A stretch of DNA of 64,000 bases from Octopus sinensis (GCF_006345805.1 NC_043012.1:20584001-20648000), one strand, 5' to 3'. Positions 1-13,252 are shown, counted from the first letter of the stretch. Made by a program: numbers and translations. Notes: generated by a model not told the origin, from the letters alone.

Positions 1-919
1 AGATATTTCAAACCCCATTCTCTTTATATTGAAAGATTTAACACAAAGCAATCTGTGCATGTTTCCATAATGTAAAATTCATTCGAATTAAATTGTTCGT
101 TCCAGATATATTTTTATAATTCAGTGAATTCATTCAAGTCTGCCCTTCTTTTCTATGATGTGAGCTCCAAGTTGAAACGGCAATTACTACGTAAAGTAAT
201 TTTGATCTCCAACATTCTTTGGAATACAAAATAGAATAATTTACATAAGAGAGAACATATTATCTAGAGAATAAATGGGCATATGCAAGTGAAGAAAAAT
301 AGAACAACTAAAAGTGGAGATTCTTTTTATAACATTTAAATCTCTGCAACGGAATAAAATCAATACGAGGTGGTATTAAGCTTTATTTCAAATTGATTGA
401 AACCATGATATATTGTACAAAGAGGAGTAATGTGACCTAACATTTGGTTCGAAATAATTTCTATATATCATATATATAGGGAATAGTCTGCACTCACCGA
501 ACCACAAATTAAAAAAAAAAAACATATATAATTTCAATTGGAATTTAAATTCCATCTATTTTGTACACGTGACGGGTAGATATACCGAAAGAGTTTTAAA
601 TGCAGATCAGTGCATAAACTTAACTACATTTCTTTGTCAGTTCATTGGACAAGAACAGTGTAATTACGAAATTTATTTACACATAACTACACACTCACAT
701 AGGAAATACATACACACATACCTATGAGATAGTTGTATATATACAAAGTAAACACACACACATATATGTAAATATACTTCGTCTCTCTCCCTCTCTCTCT
801 CTCACTATATATATATATATATGTTTATATATATTTTGCACATTTGTTTTTTATACACCTGTCATCGTCTTTTGTTTTTTGTTTGTAAATTCTAACTATA
901 TATATATACACATACACAC

Positions 920-1369
920 GTGTGGTAAGTAGCTTGCATACCAGCCACATGGTTCCAGCTTCAGTCCCACTAGGTGGCACCCTGGGCAAGTGTTTTCTAC
1001 TATAGCCTCGGGCCGACCAAAGCCCTGTGAGTGGAGTTTGTAGACGGAAACTGAAAGAAGCCCGTCGTATATGGATATATATACATATATATATGTTTGT
1101 GTGTGTGTGTGTGTGTGTGTGTGGTGTTAGTGTGTATGAGAGCGAGAGAGATTGTGTTCTGTGTTTCCACGCCACCCACCCACCATCGCTTGACAACCAA
1201 TGTCGGTGTGTTTATGTCCCCGTAACTTATCAGTTCGGCAAAAGACACCGATAGAAGAAGCACTACGCCTAAAAATAATAAGTCCTTCGGTCGATTTGTT
1301 CGACTAAACGCGATGCTCCAGCATGGCCGCAGTCAAATGACTGGAACAAAACAAAGAATAAAAGAATAA
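920..1369 (+). mobile_element. tRNA-derived SINE, family A (octopus-type, with internal TA/TG microsatellite)
   Basis: GTGTGGTAAGTAGCTTGC...GGTTCCAGCTTCAGTCCC head, body ending GCTCCAGCATGGCCGCAGTCAAATGACTG and an (AAAGAAT)n tail. Closely similar copies at 8.3, 16.0, 29.5 and 43.1 kb. Confidence 0.9.
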
Positions 1370-1550
1370 CATGTATATTTATGCGTTTGTGCCCCTGTGT
1401 ATGTGCCTATAGTTAAAGGTATGTCTATGGGATAAACGTCTTTTGCTTAGCAATGCCCTGGCTTCGGGTTCAATCTCACGCTAAATGTGTGGTACTATAT
1501 CTCCACGTCAAATAATGTTATGTGAATGAGTATGGGAAACGGAAACCCCG

Positions 1551-1997
1551 TACATACACACACATACATACATACACACATTCATACATCCATACGTCCG
1601 TCCATCCATCCATCCATCCATACATACATCTATACACACATACATCCATACATCCATACATCCATACATCCATCCATACATACATACAAACATCCATCCA
1701 TCTATCCATCCATCCATACATACATACATACATACATGCATACAAACATACAAACATCCATCCATCCATACATACAAACATACAAACATCCATACATACA
1801 TACATGCATGCATACATACATACAAACATACATACGTACATCTATGCATACATACATCCATACATCCATACATCCATCCATCCATCCATCCATCCATACA
1901 TCCATCCATTCATACATATATCCATCCATCCATCCATACATACATACGTCCATACATACATACATATATATATACCTTCATACATCCATACAAACAT
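1551..1997. repeat. Compound (CATA/CATC/TACA)n microsatellite
   Basis: About 450 bp of tetranucleotide repeats; source of the HTYI/MDGW ORFs. Confidence 0.95.
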
Positions 1998-2337
1998 TGC
2001 TTCTATACCCGTATTACAAATTTACATTTATACAAGTAATAATTGGCGCGCTTGGTTTTGTAATTAAATGCCTCTCAGTCTCGATAAAATTGGATGTACT
2101 TGCTAGAGACTTTACGTACAGTGCGACTGTTGAAAGCGTGATTGATTAATTAAATGATAACCTAAGATTATTTTCAAGCAGTTATTGTACAAGTTGGAAA
2201 AATTTTGCTGCGTAAGATTGAATATTGTGTATTTGGCTTGTGATTGTGGTCTAAACAAGGGCAAAATATGTAACGATAATCTCTTTATGCACACAGACAT
2301 AGACATATATATGTTTATGTCTGTGTATGTATGTATA

Positions 2338-2456
<119 letters not shown>

Positions 2457-2459
2457 TGT

Positions 2460-2632
2460 ATATGAGGTGATATACACAAAAAACCCCCAAAAGACGAAGA
2501 CAGGTGGTGTAGACAACAAACAGATGTTTCACTCGAGAAGTGAAAAAGTCTTTAGCGTTTTGAGCCAACACTCTCTCGCACAGAAAGGAACACGGAAAGA
2601 AACAAGGACAGAAAATACAGAGAGAGAATAAG
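2460..2632 (-). mobile_element. Short dispersed repeat (probable PLE 3' end) with degenerate hammerhead-like core
   Basis: Shares AAAAGACGAAGA...TGTA.ACAACAAACAG with 56580-56730 and, in the opposite orientation, with 840-898. Minus strand reads CTTT-CTGTGCGA-gagagtgttggctc-AAAA-cgc-TA-AAG. Confidence 0.6.
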
Positions 2633-2714
2633 GAATGTATATATATGTGTGTCTGTGTGCTTGGATTGGATGTGTGTTAGCGCTTATGCATGTAATGATG
2701 AAATACAAGCACAG

Positions 2715-3650
2715 TTCCGTTTCATTTAGCAGATTACCTCCCCAATATTTTTCGTGTGCGGCAAAGAGGCATGTCTCTGAGAGCAATGATAGTAGAATCG
2801 CTGTACTGACGTCACTTATTGGGGTAAAACACAAGACAAATCTGTTGTCATCACTCCAGAAAATCACCCTGTCCTCCCTTAGTAAGAGCTCAATTGTGGG
2901 AATAATTAATACTCGAGATTGTTCGAAGTTGGTCCCACTTGCCTCAAAACGATTTGTCTACAATCACTGGAAACTGAGACAATTTCGAGAATTTGACTTG
3001 TTATATTATTGTTTTTCTTCATATAATCCATTGTTTTTCGAATTCATTCTCCTGGTTACACCAGGTAATTTCTCTGAGCTCATTTACGCATTATATATTT
3101 GTCTGTATGAGCAAGTATATGAGTGTATAAGTTTGAACAGCCAATGTATATGTCCATAAACTCTAAGGATGCCTTGCAATACTTCATTCCACTGTCTGAA
3201 AATAATTGCTTCATATAAGCTGGTTTGTCCAACGAAAACGAAGCTTGCCATTGCCCAATGAGAAGTTTTCAGACTAAATATAGGTAAGGCTTCACTTACT
3301 TCAGGCGTCCACAAATTTATAGCAAACCATGATAAACGTGATTTTGAATTAATGTCTACAGTTTTGTATTATTTGAAACTTAAGATTACATTTTCTGCTC
3401 ATATCGCACCAATGCTGCCAAATATGTAGGACTGGATGGCCAGTTTAAGGAGAAAATAGTACAGTCTAAAATACACTATTTCCTAAAATCATTCAACATT
3501 TACTAGCTTCAATATTATATTCCATTTTTATACTCACACACTCCAAGGTATTATTAGTTTCATACTTAGACCACAACAGACTATTTCATTTTCCCTATTC
3601 TTCTGGTAGGGTAATACAACTTTGAATTTCATGGTCGTGCAGTAAATATT
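2715..3650 (-). mobile_element. Highly decayed LTR-retrotransposon integrase-like remnant (BEL/Pao-like)
   Basis: Scattered minus-strand peptides in the order expected for Pao: GLL*ICGRL, SGMKYCKASL, GTNF, KILG..LLNETEL. Many stops and frameshifts. Confidence 0.3.
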
Positions 3651-4148
3651 TATTCTCATACATATGGCTAAATTTGAAACCATATGGCAATAAACGAAAC
3701 ACTATACTTGCACCAATGTAAAAAGGATTCTCAAAGATATATTTATATAAACAGACACAGAAATACAGAAACACACATATGCATGTATGTGTATGTGTAA
3801 TTTCTGTTCAGCCATATGCATATCTATATACATAGACACACGCACATATGTGTATGTCACACAATAGAAAGTATTTATTCATCAGATGATTGCTTTGCAC
3901 ATCATGTAAAGAGATAGATGTATCATTAATAGATTATGTCTGCGATCGTGTTTCATAGTTTATCAGTTAATTGTCTTATGAATAAAATAAATGGAGGTGT
4001 GTAATGGATACTTATTTGAACATACGCCTACGTGTACATTTTTCACACGAATACATATACACACTCGCTTTCTTATATATATATATATTAATACACCTGT
4101 AGTTAGAAGCATACACACACGCACAAATATATAAATTTATGTATACAT

Positions 4149-4231
<83 letters not shown>

Positions 4232-4270
4232 CCCACAATTGCAGCACACACGCACTCACATACGTATATG

Positions 4271-4306
<36 letters not shown>

Positions 4307-4497
4307 GGTTATGTTTTAATTCGATAGAAACGTGGTAGGGTACAGTATAAAGCTCGATCATCTTTAAAATACCCAATACTACCGATAATGTTATTATATA
4401 CTTACAAGTTCAAATTTGGCCATCTGTCGAGTGTGAATATAGAATTGAAGAAAGAAAAGTCAAGAAGAAGGTGTACGGTTGGACATTTATTTATTAT

Positions 4498-4588
4498 TCT
4501 GAACAATTGTTTCTCCAAACATATACAGATACTTGATTATGCAATTGTTTTTTTAGATAATGAGATCTAGTTGTGTTTCCTCAGGCGA
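4498..4588 (-). ncRNA. Type I hammerhead ribozyme motif with long stem II insertion
   Basis: Minus strand: TCGC-CTGAGGA-[about 65 nt]-GAAA-CAATTG-TT-CAGA. Stem I is partly mismatched. Inverted paralog at 6940-7043. Confidence 0.6.
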
Positions 4589-4625
4589 TATACGAGTGTT
4601 GTCTCCGTTCCGTTTGTTTAAAATC

Positions 4626-4658
<33 letters not shown>

Positions 4659-5083
4659 GACAAAGTAAATTTGTAAGATACCGCACGAGTGGAAATATGT
4701 ATGAAATAAGGTTTGAAAATGCCATTTTTAAAGATTACTTACTTGACCGGTTCCAATTTTATAGAAAAAGATTGTCAAATGTAAAACGTAAAGCTTTATA
4801 TCATCTTTGTTTTGTGAAGTACCGGCTGTCAAGAACGTATTAAAATGCATATATATATTCTTTGATAATAATAAGAAAATGTTGAAAACAGTTTACAAGA
4901 AATTATTTAAGAAAGTATTCAACAAAAACTATTGAGTGTTCAATAAAAGTCATGTTTGTTTGGTACTATATATATATACACAAGAGAGACATGAATTTAC
5001 CAAAAAGAATGGAGAGGAACAGACCTGTCTCTTGGCATTTTCTATCTCATACATGCAGATATGCATGCATGCAATACATATGT

Positions 5084-5131
<48 letters not shown>

Positions 5132-5300
5132 ACATATATATATATACACACATATATATATAACACAAATATATAGATATATATATACATATACATACCC
5201 ACACATATATATCCACACGCATATTCATACATATCTATATTTACATGCCTGTATACATATAATATAATTCATGAAAATATACATATATACACACACACAC

Positions 5301-5334
<34 letters not shown>

Positions 5335-5336
5335 AT

Positions 5337-5648
5337 GGAGGCGCAATGGCCCAATGGCTAGGGCAGCGGACTCGCGGTCCTAAGATCGCGGTTTCCATTC
5401 CCAGGTCGGGTGTTGTGAGTGTATAGTGAGCGAAAACACCTATAGCTCCACGAGCCTCCGGCAGGGGCCTGGGTGGCGAACCGTGCTGTACTCTTTCGCC
5501 GCAACTTTCTCTCAATCTTTCTTCTGTCGGCCAGCTCGCTTAGACAGCGAGGTGGCGTCATTTGAAGGCTAAAACAATGCGAAGCGCATTGTGACCAGAG
5601 ATGTGTAGCAACATCTGATATCCTGGTCGGACACGGTGATCACGGTGA
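5337..5648 (+). mobile_element. tRNA-derived SINE, family C
   Basis: GGAGGCGCAATGGCCCAATGGCTAGGGCAGCGGACTCGCGGTC...GGTTTCCATTCCC head with A- and B-box-like motifs, GC-rich body, CACGGTGATCACGGTGA tail, flanked by microsatellites. Confidence 0.8.
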
Positions 5649-5654
5649 CATATG

Positions 5655-5724
<70 letters not shown>

Positions 5725-5861
5725 TACATATACATATATACATATATATACATGTCTCTCTATATATATATGTATATGTAGGTCCCGGGTTGAGTCGGGG
5801 TTAACCACAGTAAATAGGTACTCAATACATAGCAGAGTAAATTAATTTATTTTATAGAAGG

Positions 5862-5912
5862 AGCTTCTACAGGACTAGAACTGTTTCATTCAAAAGAAAT
5901 CATCAGGAAGCT
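5862..5912 (-). ncRNA. Type I hammerhead ribozyme motif (intact core)
   Basis: Reverse complement of 6293-6343. Confidence 0.8.
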
Positions 5913-6023
5913 AGGTGACAAGAATAGTTTTGGCATTTATACATTTAGGCAGGTATAAAGGGGAGGTGGTGGGGGACTTTTTGGGGTAGGCATGGCGCAA
6001 ACTATCATTCTTATATATATATA

Positions 6024-6054
<31 letters not shown>

Positions 6055-6292
6055 GTGTATGTGTGTGTGTGTATGTGTATATATATATATATATGTGTGT
6101 GTATAAGTGAGAGTCTCCTTATTTACCTAAAACTCTATTATTCTATTTATTCTTTTATCTACTTTATCACTGATTCCTTTGACAACTCCCCTAAGAATGA
6201 TAGTTTACGCCATGCCTACCCCAAAAAGTCCCCCACCACCACCCCTTTAAACCTGCCTAAATGTATAAATGCCAAAACTATTCTTGTCACCT

Positions 6293-6343
6293 AGCTTCCT
6301 GATGATTTCTTTTGAATGAAACAGTTCTAGTCCTGTAGAAGCT
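6293..6343 (+). ncRNA. Type I hammerhead ribozyme motif (intact core)
   Basis: AGCTTC-CTGATGA-tTTCttttGAAt-GAAA-CAG ttctagtc CTG-TA-GAAGCT: 6-bp stem I, short stem II, 3-bp stem III, GUA cleavage triplet. Confidence 0.85.
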
Positions 6344-6418
6344 CCTTCTATAAAATAAAATAAAATATATATATATGTATATATATTATATATACACACA
6401 CCACACATTTATATATAT

Positions 6419-6476
<58 letters not shown>

Positions 6477-6939
6477 CAAATGTGCAGGTACACACGAATA
6501 CACATATTTATATATATCTCGATGTAAATATCGTTATATTTTCACCTACACGTTCATGTTCATATATACGCATATAAGTATATGCATACGTACGTTTATA
6601 AATATATATGCGTACATTGATGTATGTACATCCATAGTCTCCATTTCATATAGATACACACAAGCGCTTGAGTGAGCGCCTACGTATCCATGCTTAGATA
6701 CATGTGCATATACATATACATAGACATGAACACCCACGCGTAGACATAAATACATATATGTACAAATACAAATATTTAGCTACAAGCAACCTTATACGGA
6801 TATACATACGTAGGCATACGCATACGTACGCATACGCATGCATATGGACCCACACGTACTCAAATGCACACATACGTACGCATATGCATAACGTATGCAG
6901 ATGCACACATGCATAAATAGAACAGACAACATTCGTATA

Positions 6940-7043
6940 TCGCCTGAGGAAACACAACTAGATCTCATTATGCAAACTAACTATTGCATAATCTACTACT
7001 TGTATTGTTGGAGAACTACATTACGTGGAAGCAATTGTAGCGA
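6940..7043 (+). ncRNA. Type I hammerhead ribozyme motif with long stem II (GAAA mutated to GAAG)
   Basis: TCGC-CTGAGGA-aacac...gtg-GAAG-CAATTG-TA-GCGA. Perfect stem I and palindromic stem III; the paralog at 4498-4588 keeps GAAA. Confidence 0.65.
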
Positions 7044-7420
7044 ATAATAAATAAATGTTCAACGGTAATCGTTCTTTCTGACTCGAATGTCTTCAATTGT
7101 GTGTGTGTGTGTGTGCGCGCGCGTTGAATATATACAGACTTTTAGTTGACTAACGGAAAGTAATTTGTGTATCGTGTGAAAGCTCAGTTTGGTTTTCCAC
7201 TAAACCTCCGGATTGAGCTGGAACAGAAAGTGTAATGCTGAGGCAACCTATCACACACGGCTAGAAGTGTTCTTTGACCGCGTAGATGTAGATCAAAGGG
7301 AAAATGCGAAAAACAAAACATTTGACATCACTTGCAAAAGGCATTTAATTTAGACAAGATATTTAAATTACATAGAAGATATTATTATAAGCAGAATTAT
7401 GTATATATAGATATATGTGC

Positions 7421-7454
<34 letters not shown>

Positions 7455-7498
7455 ATATGTTTGAGTGTGTATATCTGTGTGTGTATTTGTGTATGTGT

Positions 7499-7648
7499 GT
7501 AGCTTCTCGGCCTTTTGGCTAAGAACAAATTGTAGTACCTGTTCTTATCAGCTTAATATCTGATAGGTCCCTATTTGGTGCCATTGATATTAAACTGATA
7601 TTTAGGACGAGGTGAAGAGTTTGGGGCTTGATCCACCTTTGCTACGGT
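7499..7648 (+). pseudogene. U2: U2 spliceosomal snRNA pseudogene, 3'-truncated
   Basis: GCTTCTCGGCCTTTTGGCTAAGAACAAATTGTAGTACCTGTTCTTATCAGCTTAATATCTGATA matches the conserved U2 5' half, including the GTAGTA branch-point pairing sequence. Sm site is degraded (ATATTTAG), the 3' stem-loop IV is absent, and the upstream flank is microsatellite. Confidence 0.88.
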
Positions 7649-7656
7649 ATCAAATA

Positions 7657-7718
<62 letters not shown>

Positions 7719-7931
7719 TGTAAGTATGTGTGTGTGTATGTGTGTGTTGCGTGTGTTTGTAGTAAGTTGTTGGCACAGCAAACCAATTTTGACCGAAAAA
7801 ATCTTTATAGAGAACAGTTGTTGGTATATATAGATATATGTGTGCTTGTGTATGTGTGTGTGTGTGTGTGTGTGCATATGTTTGAGTGTGTATACCTGTG
7901 TGTGTATTTGAGTGTGTATTTGTGTATGTGT

Positions 7932-7950
7932 ATCGCTTCTCGGCCTTTTG
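7932..7950 (+). pseudogene. U2: Second U2 5' fragment (nt 1-19) within a local duplication (7823-7950 copies about 7401-7517)
   Basis: ATCGCTTCTCGGCCTTTTG preceded by the same GCATATGTTTGAGTGTGTATA.CTGTGTGTGTATTTG flank as the first copy. Confidence 0.75.
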
Positions 7951-8554
7951 TTTACTTTAACAACAGGCCACCAAAGCAAGACAAACACAAAACAAGTGTA
8001 GTAGGTGTACAAAAATGTGTATTAAACGAATATAAGAACAACAACTTGCGCCAACGAACCGATTGTAAAGAAATTTGTGGGGAAACTGTTTTTTCCCGAA
8101 TTCATAAAATGTTTGGCACTGGTCCGGTATTACGTGTCAAAAGTGAAATAATAAAGGTGAAAGAATATCTATATTGTAATATGATATAATATTGTTTCAC
8201 TTTTATTCTTTCAATTTTAATTCTAATGTGATAAGACTAAGATCATCTTATTTCTATTATATTTGAAATAGAGTATATATATATATATATATTGACGAGG
8301 TACAAACGTATAGAAGAAAAATATATATCTCTTTCTCTCTTTTCTCTTTTACTTGTTTCAGTCATTTGACTGCGGCCATGCTGGAGCACCACCTTTAATC
8401 GAGCAACTCGACCCCGGGACTTATTCTTTTGTAAGCCCAGTATTATTCTATCGGTCTCTTTTTGCCGAACCGCTAAGTAACGGGAACCTAAACACACCAG
8501 CATCGGTTGTCAAGCAATGCTAGGGGGACAAACACAGACACACAAACATACACG

Positions 8555-8651
<97 letters not shown>

Positions 8652-10050
8652 CGACAGGCTTCTTTCAGTTTCCGTCTACCAAATCCACTCACAAGGCATT
8701 GGTCGGCCCTGAGCTATAGCAGAAGACACTTGCCCAAGATATCACGCAGTGGGACTGAACCCGGAACCATGTGGTTGGTTAGCAAGCTACTTACCACACA
8801 GCCAATTTATATTCTAATGTGAACAACATTACGCATCGGTAACTTTCCGTCTTTCCGGCCACGACAGCGGAATGCATTAACTGGCTGATAGTCCATAGCC
8901 TCCTTAATCATCATCTCAACTGTCCTGTATGTGTTCGGCCGATGACAGAAATGATAGACAACAAATGGGCAGATAGCATTATTTGGTCATGTGGAAGGCC
9001 ATGTGCAAAAAACTTTCCATTCGTAAAGATACCTTTCTTGAAGGTATCACTAAATAATTGATTTGCTATATTTTGGTGCCCATAGATGTTTGGGGAAAGG
9101 AAAGTGCTCATAAATGTGGCATTACAAAGGCAGCATTGGCGGATTGGCGCAATTTTTTGCCGGGACATATGTGGAGGATACTGTGTTGCCCAAAATATAC
9201 AGCTGGCGGCGGGGAGACATACGGAATTATGGAATTTGATGAAAGCGCGTTTGTCAAACGAAAGTATTATGTGGAACATGAGGTAGAAACGCGATGGTTA
9301 ATCGGAGCAATAGAATAGGGACACCAGAAGGTGTCTCTTAGTGGTAGTGGCAGATCGTACAGCCGACACCCTTCTTGCCTTTACCCAGAACTACAATCAT
9401 TTCAGTCCTTTGGCGTGCATATGATACAATAAATCAACTTGGTTATGAACATTTAAGGATCAATTATTCTGTTAATTTTCTTGATCTTGTGACCTTTGAC
9501 ACAACTAATCACATTGGATGTTTGTGGAAGCATGCAAAAAAAAGAGCAAGAACAGAGAAAATGGAACAACTCGAAGTTTATTTGATTCACACCTCATTGA
9601 ATTTATGTGGCGTTATGAATTCAAAGATGAATCATTCCAAAAGTTGTTGAAAATATTCGTTACAAATATCCTTGCAATTGAAGCAATTTACAAGTTACTG
9701 TTTTGAATGTTGTTTTACTAAAATATTAAAAATATGCATCAAATTGTCTATTCATAATATACAATAATATATATTTGAGTCACTTCACATCTCGAGTCAT
9801 CTCCATATAATAGAAAAAGTTATATGCAATTTATATCATAATATACTATATACAATTTTATAAGCAATTTATATCATCATATTGTATGTAGTATTTTAGA
9901 TGCCTCCCAGATTAAATGTGAATAAATATATATGTAAATTGTGATTCTTTCACCTTTATTCTTTCATATTTTGTTCTGATATTCGTTTAATACACGTTTT
10001 TGTACACTATTAGTCTTATTTTTTTTTGTAGTCAGGTGTTAAAGTAAACA
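7949..10050 (+). mobile_element. Merlin (IS1016/ISXO2-like) DNA transposon remnant with inverted repeats; transposase pseudogene about 8817-9706
   Basis: Frameshifted peptides: LNCPVC..M...WSC zinc ribbon, EFDESAFVKRKY, TIISVLWRAY, TNHIGCLWKHAK, DSHLIEFMWR. Inverted repeats 8005-8041/9971-10007 (35 of 37 matches) and 7949-7962/10037-10050 (14 of 14). Confidence 0.85.
8328..8804 (-). mobile_element. SINE family A, inserted inside the Merlin element
   Basis: Reverse complement of the 15980-16468 copy; lies between the left inverted repeat and the transposase. Confidence 0.9.
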
Positions 10051-10711
10051 TTAGTTGTTTGCTTCATACTACTCGTGTGCTGATTCTATACATATGAAAG
10101 GAACAAATAATAGTACAATGTACTCGTAGGTCATATCACCTGGGCAACGTAGGGATGCATTGCTAGTGTATATGTGTGAGTATGTAAATGTACATGTGTG
10201 TGTGTATGTATATGTATATATATGTGTGGGGGGGGTTTGTAAACCAAATAAACCACAGAACTAATGAGCACTTTGTTGTGAACACTTGCATTCCAATCAT
10301 ACCAAGAAAACGCTCATAACTAGGAGGGTTAAGACATCGGATTGACGTGCAGGATTTAAACTTCACTTTCTCAAAACAGAAGGTAAATACATTTATATCT
10401 AAATGAAAGCAACAACAAACAAACCATGTGGTAGCCCTCCATACTAAAACCCTTACAGAATTCTTTTGTAAAATTCGTTGATAAGAAGTTGGCACGCCTA
10501 TATATACACACCTAATTACAAAGTTATATACACATGAATAAATTCTAACTATAGGAACATATACATATATGATCAATAACAATTCTATATACTGTCTTAC
10601 CATCACATTTTAACGAAGAGCATGATTCTCATTCAGCAAAACTCAGGTTAACCTAGAAAATTTTAATTTAACAAATTATAGAAACCAAGGTAAAATTAAA
10701 TGATTTACATA

Positions 10712-10849
10712 AATACATACATACATACACACATACACACACACATACATACATACATACATACATACATACATACATACATACATGCATGCATGCATGG
10801 ATGCATGCATGCATGCATGCATACATACATGCATGCATACATACATACA

Positions 10850-10880
<31 letters not shown>
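10712..10880. repeat. (TACA/TGCA)n microsatellite
   Basis: Visible tetranucleotide array. Confidence 0.95.
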
Positions 10881-10881
<1 letters not shown>

Positions 10882-10882
<1 letters not shown>

Positions 10883-11545
10883 CTCAGAGGTGCAAGAGCA
10901 TATGAGGAACCAAGTTTCTATGTGGGCAGACTACAAGAAAGCCTTTGACTCAGCTCCCCACTCATGGACGCTAGAAGCCTTTCAACTTGCTAAAGTTCCA
11001 GTGAGAAAAGTCAAGACCATAGCCGAACTGATTTCATTGTGAGCCACCCTCTTGAAATTAAACACAAAGAGTGACTGTATTTTCACCGATAGAATATAAT
11101 ATCGCAAACTCATATTCCAAAGAGACAGTCTCTCTGCGATGTTTATACTTTCTGTAAACTCCTTGTCATTCATGATAAGGAAGTCACTTATCTCACTCGT
11201 TCACAAGGAGACACGAATAGCAAAATAACACACCGTTTCTTTGTGGATGATTTAAAATTTATGCAAAGAATATGAATGAGATAAAAGAAAAGAGTCTTGA
11301 CGTAATTACAACATTCTCAAAGGATGTGGGGGTTGGAGTTTGGTCAGGATTAAAATTGTTATATGGTTGTGAAAAGGGAGAAAACTATAAACCAGACAAG
11401 TAGCATCTCCGTCAATGATTTGACTGTTTCCCATGTACCTGACGAGGACTGTTAAAGGTATCTAGATGTGGATGTTAATATATCTTACAATGGAACATGT
11501 AAGAAAAACATGTGTTACTAAAGTATATTACAGAAGAAACCAACA
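10882..11545 (+). mobile_element. R4/Dong-type non-LTR retrotransposon RT fragment (pseudogenised)
   Basis: WADYKKAFDSAPHSW, IFQRDSLS, (F)VDDLK, TFSKDVG, YLDVD...VTKVYYRR; pattern typical of R4-clade RT. Confidence 0.75.
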
Positions 11546-11781
11546 ACAATTGAATTTCGTTGATGAAATGTGACATATAACTGTTTCTCATTGCCAGAAA
11601 AGCATCCGGAAGAAAAAAAATAAACTTTTGTTTATTTCAAGGAAAGACATCAAAACATCATTAATGGATTCGATGATTGAAACTACCTGTAGTTCAAAAG
11701 GCCAGACCTGTCAGATTCTGTGTCACGCTGAATTCCACCGAGAACCACTGCAAATATGTACGTGTCTGTGGTATGAACAGC

Positions 11782-12009
11782 GGCGAGCTGGCAGAAACGT
11801 TAGCACGCCGGGCGAAATTCGTAGCCGTATTTCGTCTGCCGTTACGTTCTAAGTTCAAATTCCGCCGAGGTCAACTTTGCCTTTCATCCTTTCGGGGTCG
11901 ATTAAATAAGTACCAGTTACAAACTGGGGTCGATATAATCGACTTAATCCCTTTGTCTGTCCTTGTTTGTCCTCTCTGTGTTTAGCCCCTAGTGGGTAGT
12001 AAAGAAATA
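11782..12009 (+). mobile_element. tRNA-derived SINE, family B, with 12-bp target site duplication
   Basis: GGCGAGCTGGCAGAA head, GTTCAAATTCC B box, GCCTTTCATCCTTTCGGGGTCGAT core. GGTATGAACAGC is duplicated at 11770-11781 and 12010-12021. Confidence 0.92.
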
Positions 12010-12299
12010 GGTATGAACAGCAACTTGGACTTAAATTACACGAGCAGGTTGTTCCGGTGACCAGATCAACAGTAGCACTCGTAGTGGTAGACAACAGTGT
12101 ATTGCGAATATGTATGTCTATAAGTAGCTATATATATACTTTTTATCTTTTATTTAACTTTTTAATATTTTTGATAGTTATATATATTTAATAAAAAAAA
12201 ATTATAAATATAAATGTAGATATAAATTAATAATTTTAATTTTAAATTTAAATAATTTAAATTTTTAAATATTGTATTTTATATATTTTGTATATTATA

Positions 12300-12404
12300 T
12301 TAATTATTTTTATTTTTATGTTTTGGTTTATGTTTTTCACTGTTTGATTTGCCTAATAGTGGTTTTATCTCTAATTTAATTTACATATATATATATATAT
12401 ACGC

Positions 12405-12472
<68 letters not shown>

Positions 12473-13003
12473 TATACACCCACCCAATTATCCATATGTT
12501 TCAGTGTGTGTGTTTTTTAATGTATGTGTATGGTGTGTGCATGTGTGTTTGCTGAATAGGTATTTTAACAAATATAAGAAGTACAACGGACGAACTACAC
12601 ACCGGTGTTCAACACCAATCAATCCAACCGATATTTCCATCATGTCGTACGTCATTTCTCGCAATAAGCACGGCTACCTCAAATCACAGTAATCATTTAA
12701 ACAGAAACCCAGTGGCCATGAATAATGTGACTGACCTTGACATTTCACATCATACGTCAATTATGTTATTTATTAGCACTTTAATTGCTATTCAATAGCA
12801 CACGTAACACATTGACCCATATGACATTAAGATTTGTCGTATATTGTTTACTTGTTATGTACATCTTTGGAGTCTAATGATAGTTATATCAACTGGCTTT
12901 CTTTCCAATTGACTTCACTCTACATTCATCTGTATTCATAGAACACTTAGGCAAACACTTGTATCAATAGTAAAAAGAATGAACTTAGAAAATCAAAGAA
13001 CCA

Positions 13004-13050
<47 letters not shown>

Positions 13051-13196
13051 GTATATATAATATAAACTATATAATATATATAATATATATTATATATATA
13101 TATATGTATGTATATATATATATATATTATATATATATATATATATTATATATATATATATAATATGATCTATATAATATAATCTATATAATATAT

Positions 13197-13252
<56 letters not shown>

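Larger units (their letters stand above)
5780..6360. repeat. Head-to-head inverted pair of PLE-like terminal modules (arms about 5847-6013 and 6192-6358)
   Basis: Arms of about 165 bp are nearly perfect reverse complements; each carries an HHR; the spacer includes a TA/TG microsatellite. Confidence 0.9.

Noticed and set aside
364-380. TACGAGGTGGTATTAAG, resembling a mariner terminus
   Set aside because: Too short; no partner repeat or transposase nearby.
7499-7648. Functional U2 gene, or a Utopia/Keno insertion site
   Set aside because: Damaged Sm site, missing 3' end and a microsatellite upstream. The junction is at nt 19 and is followed by a DDE transposon, not an RT element.
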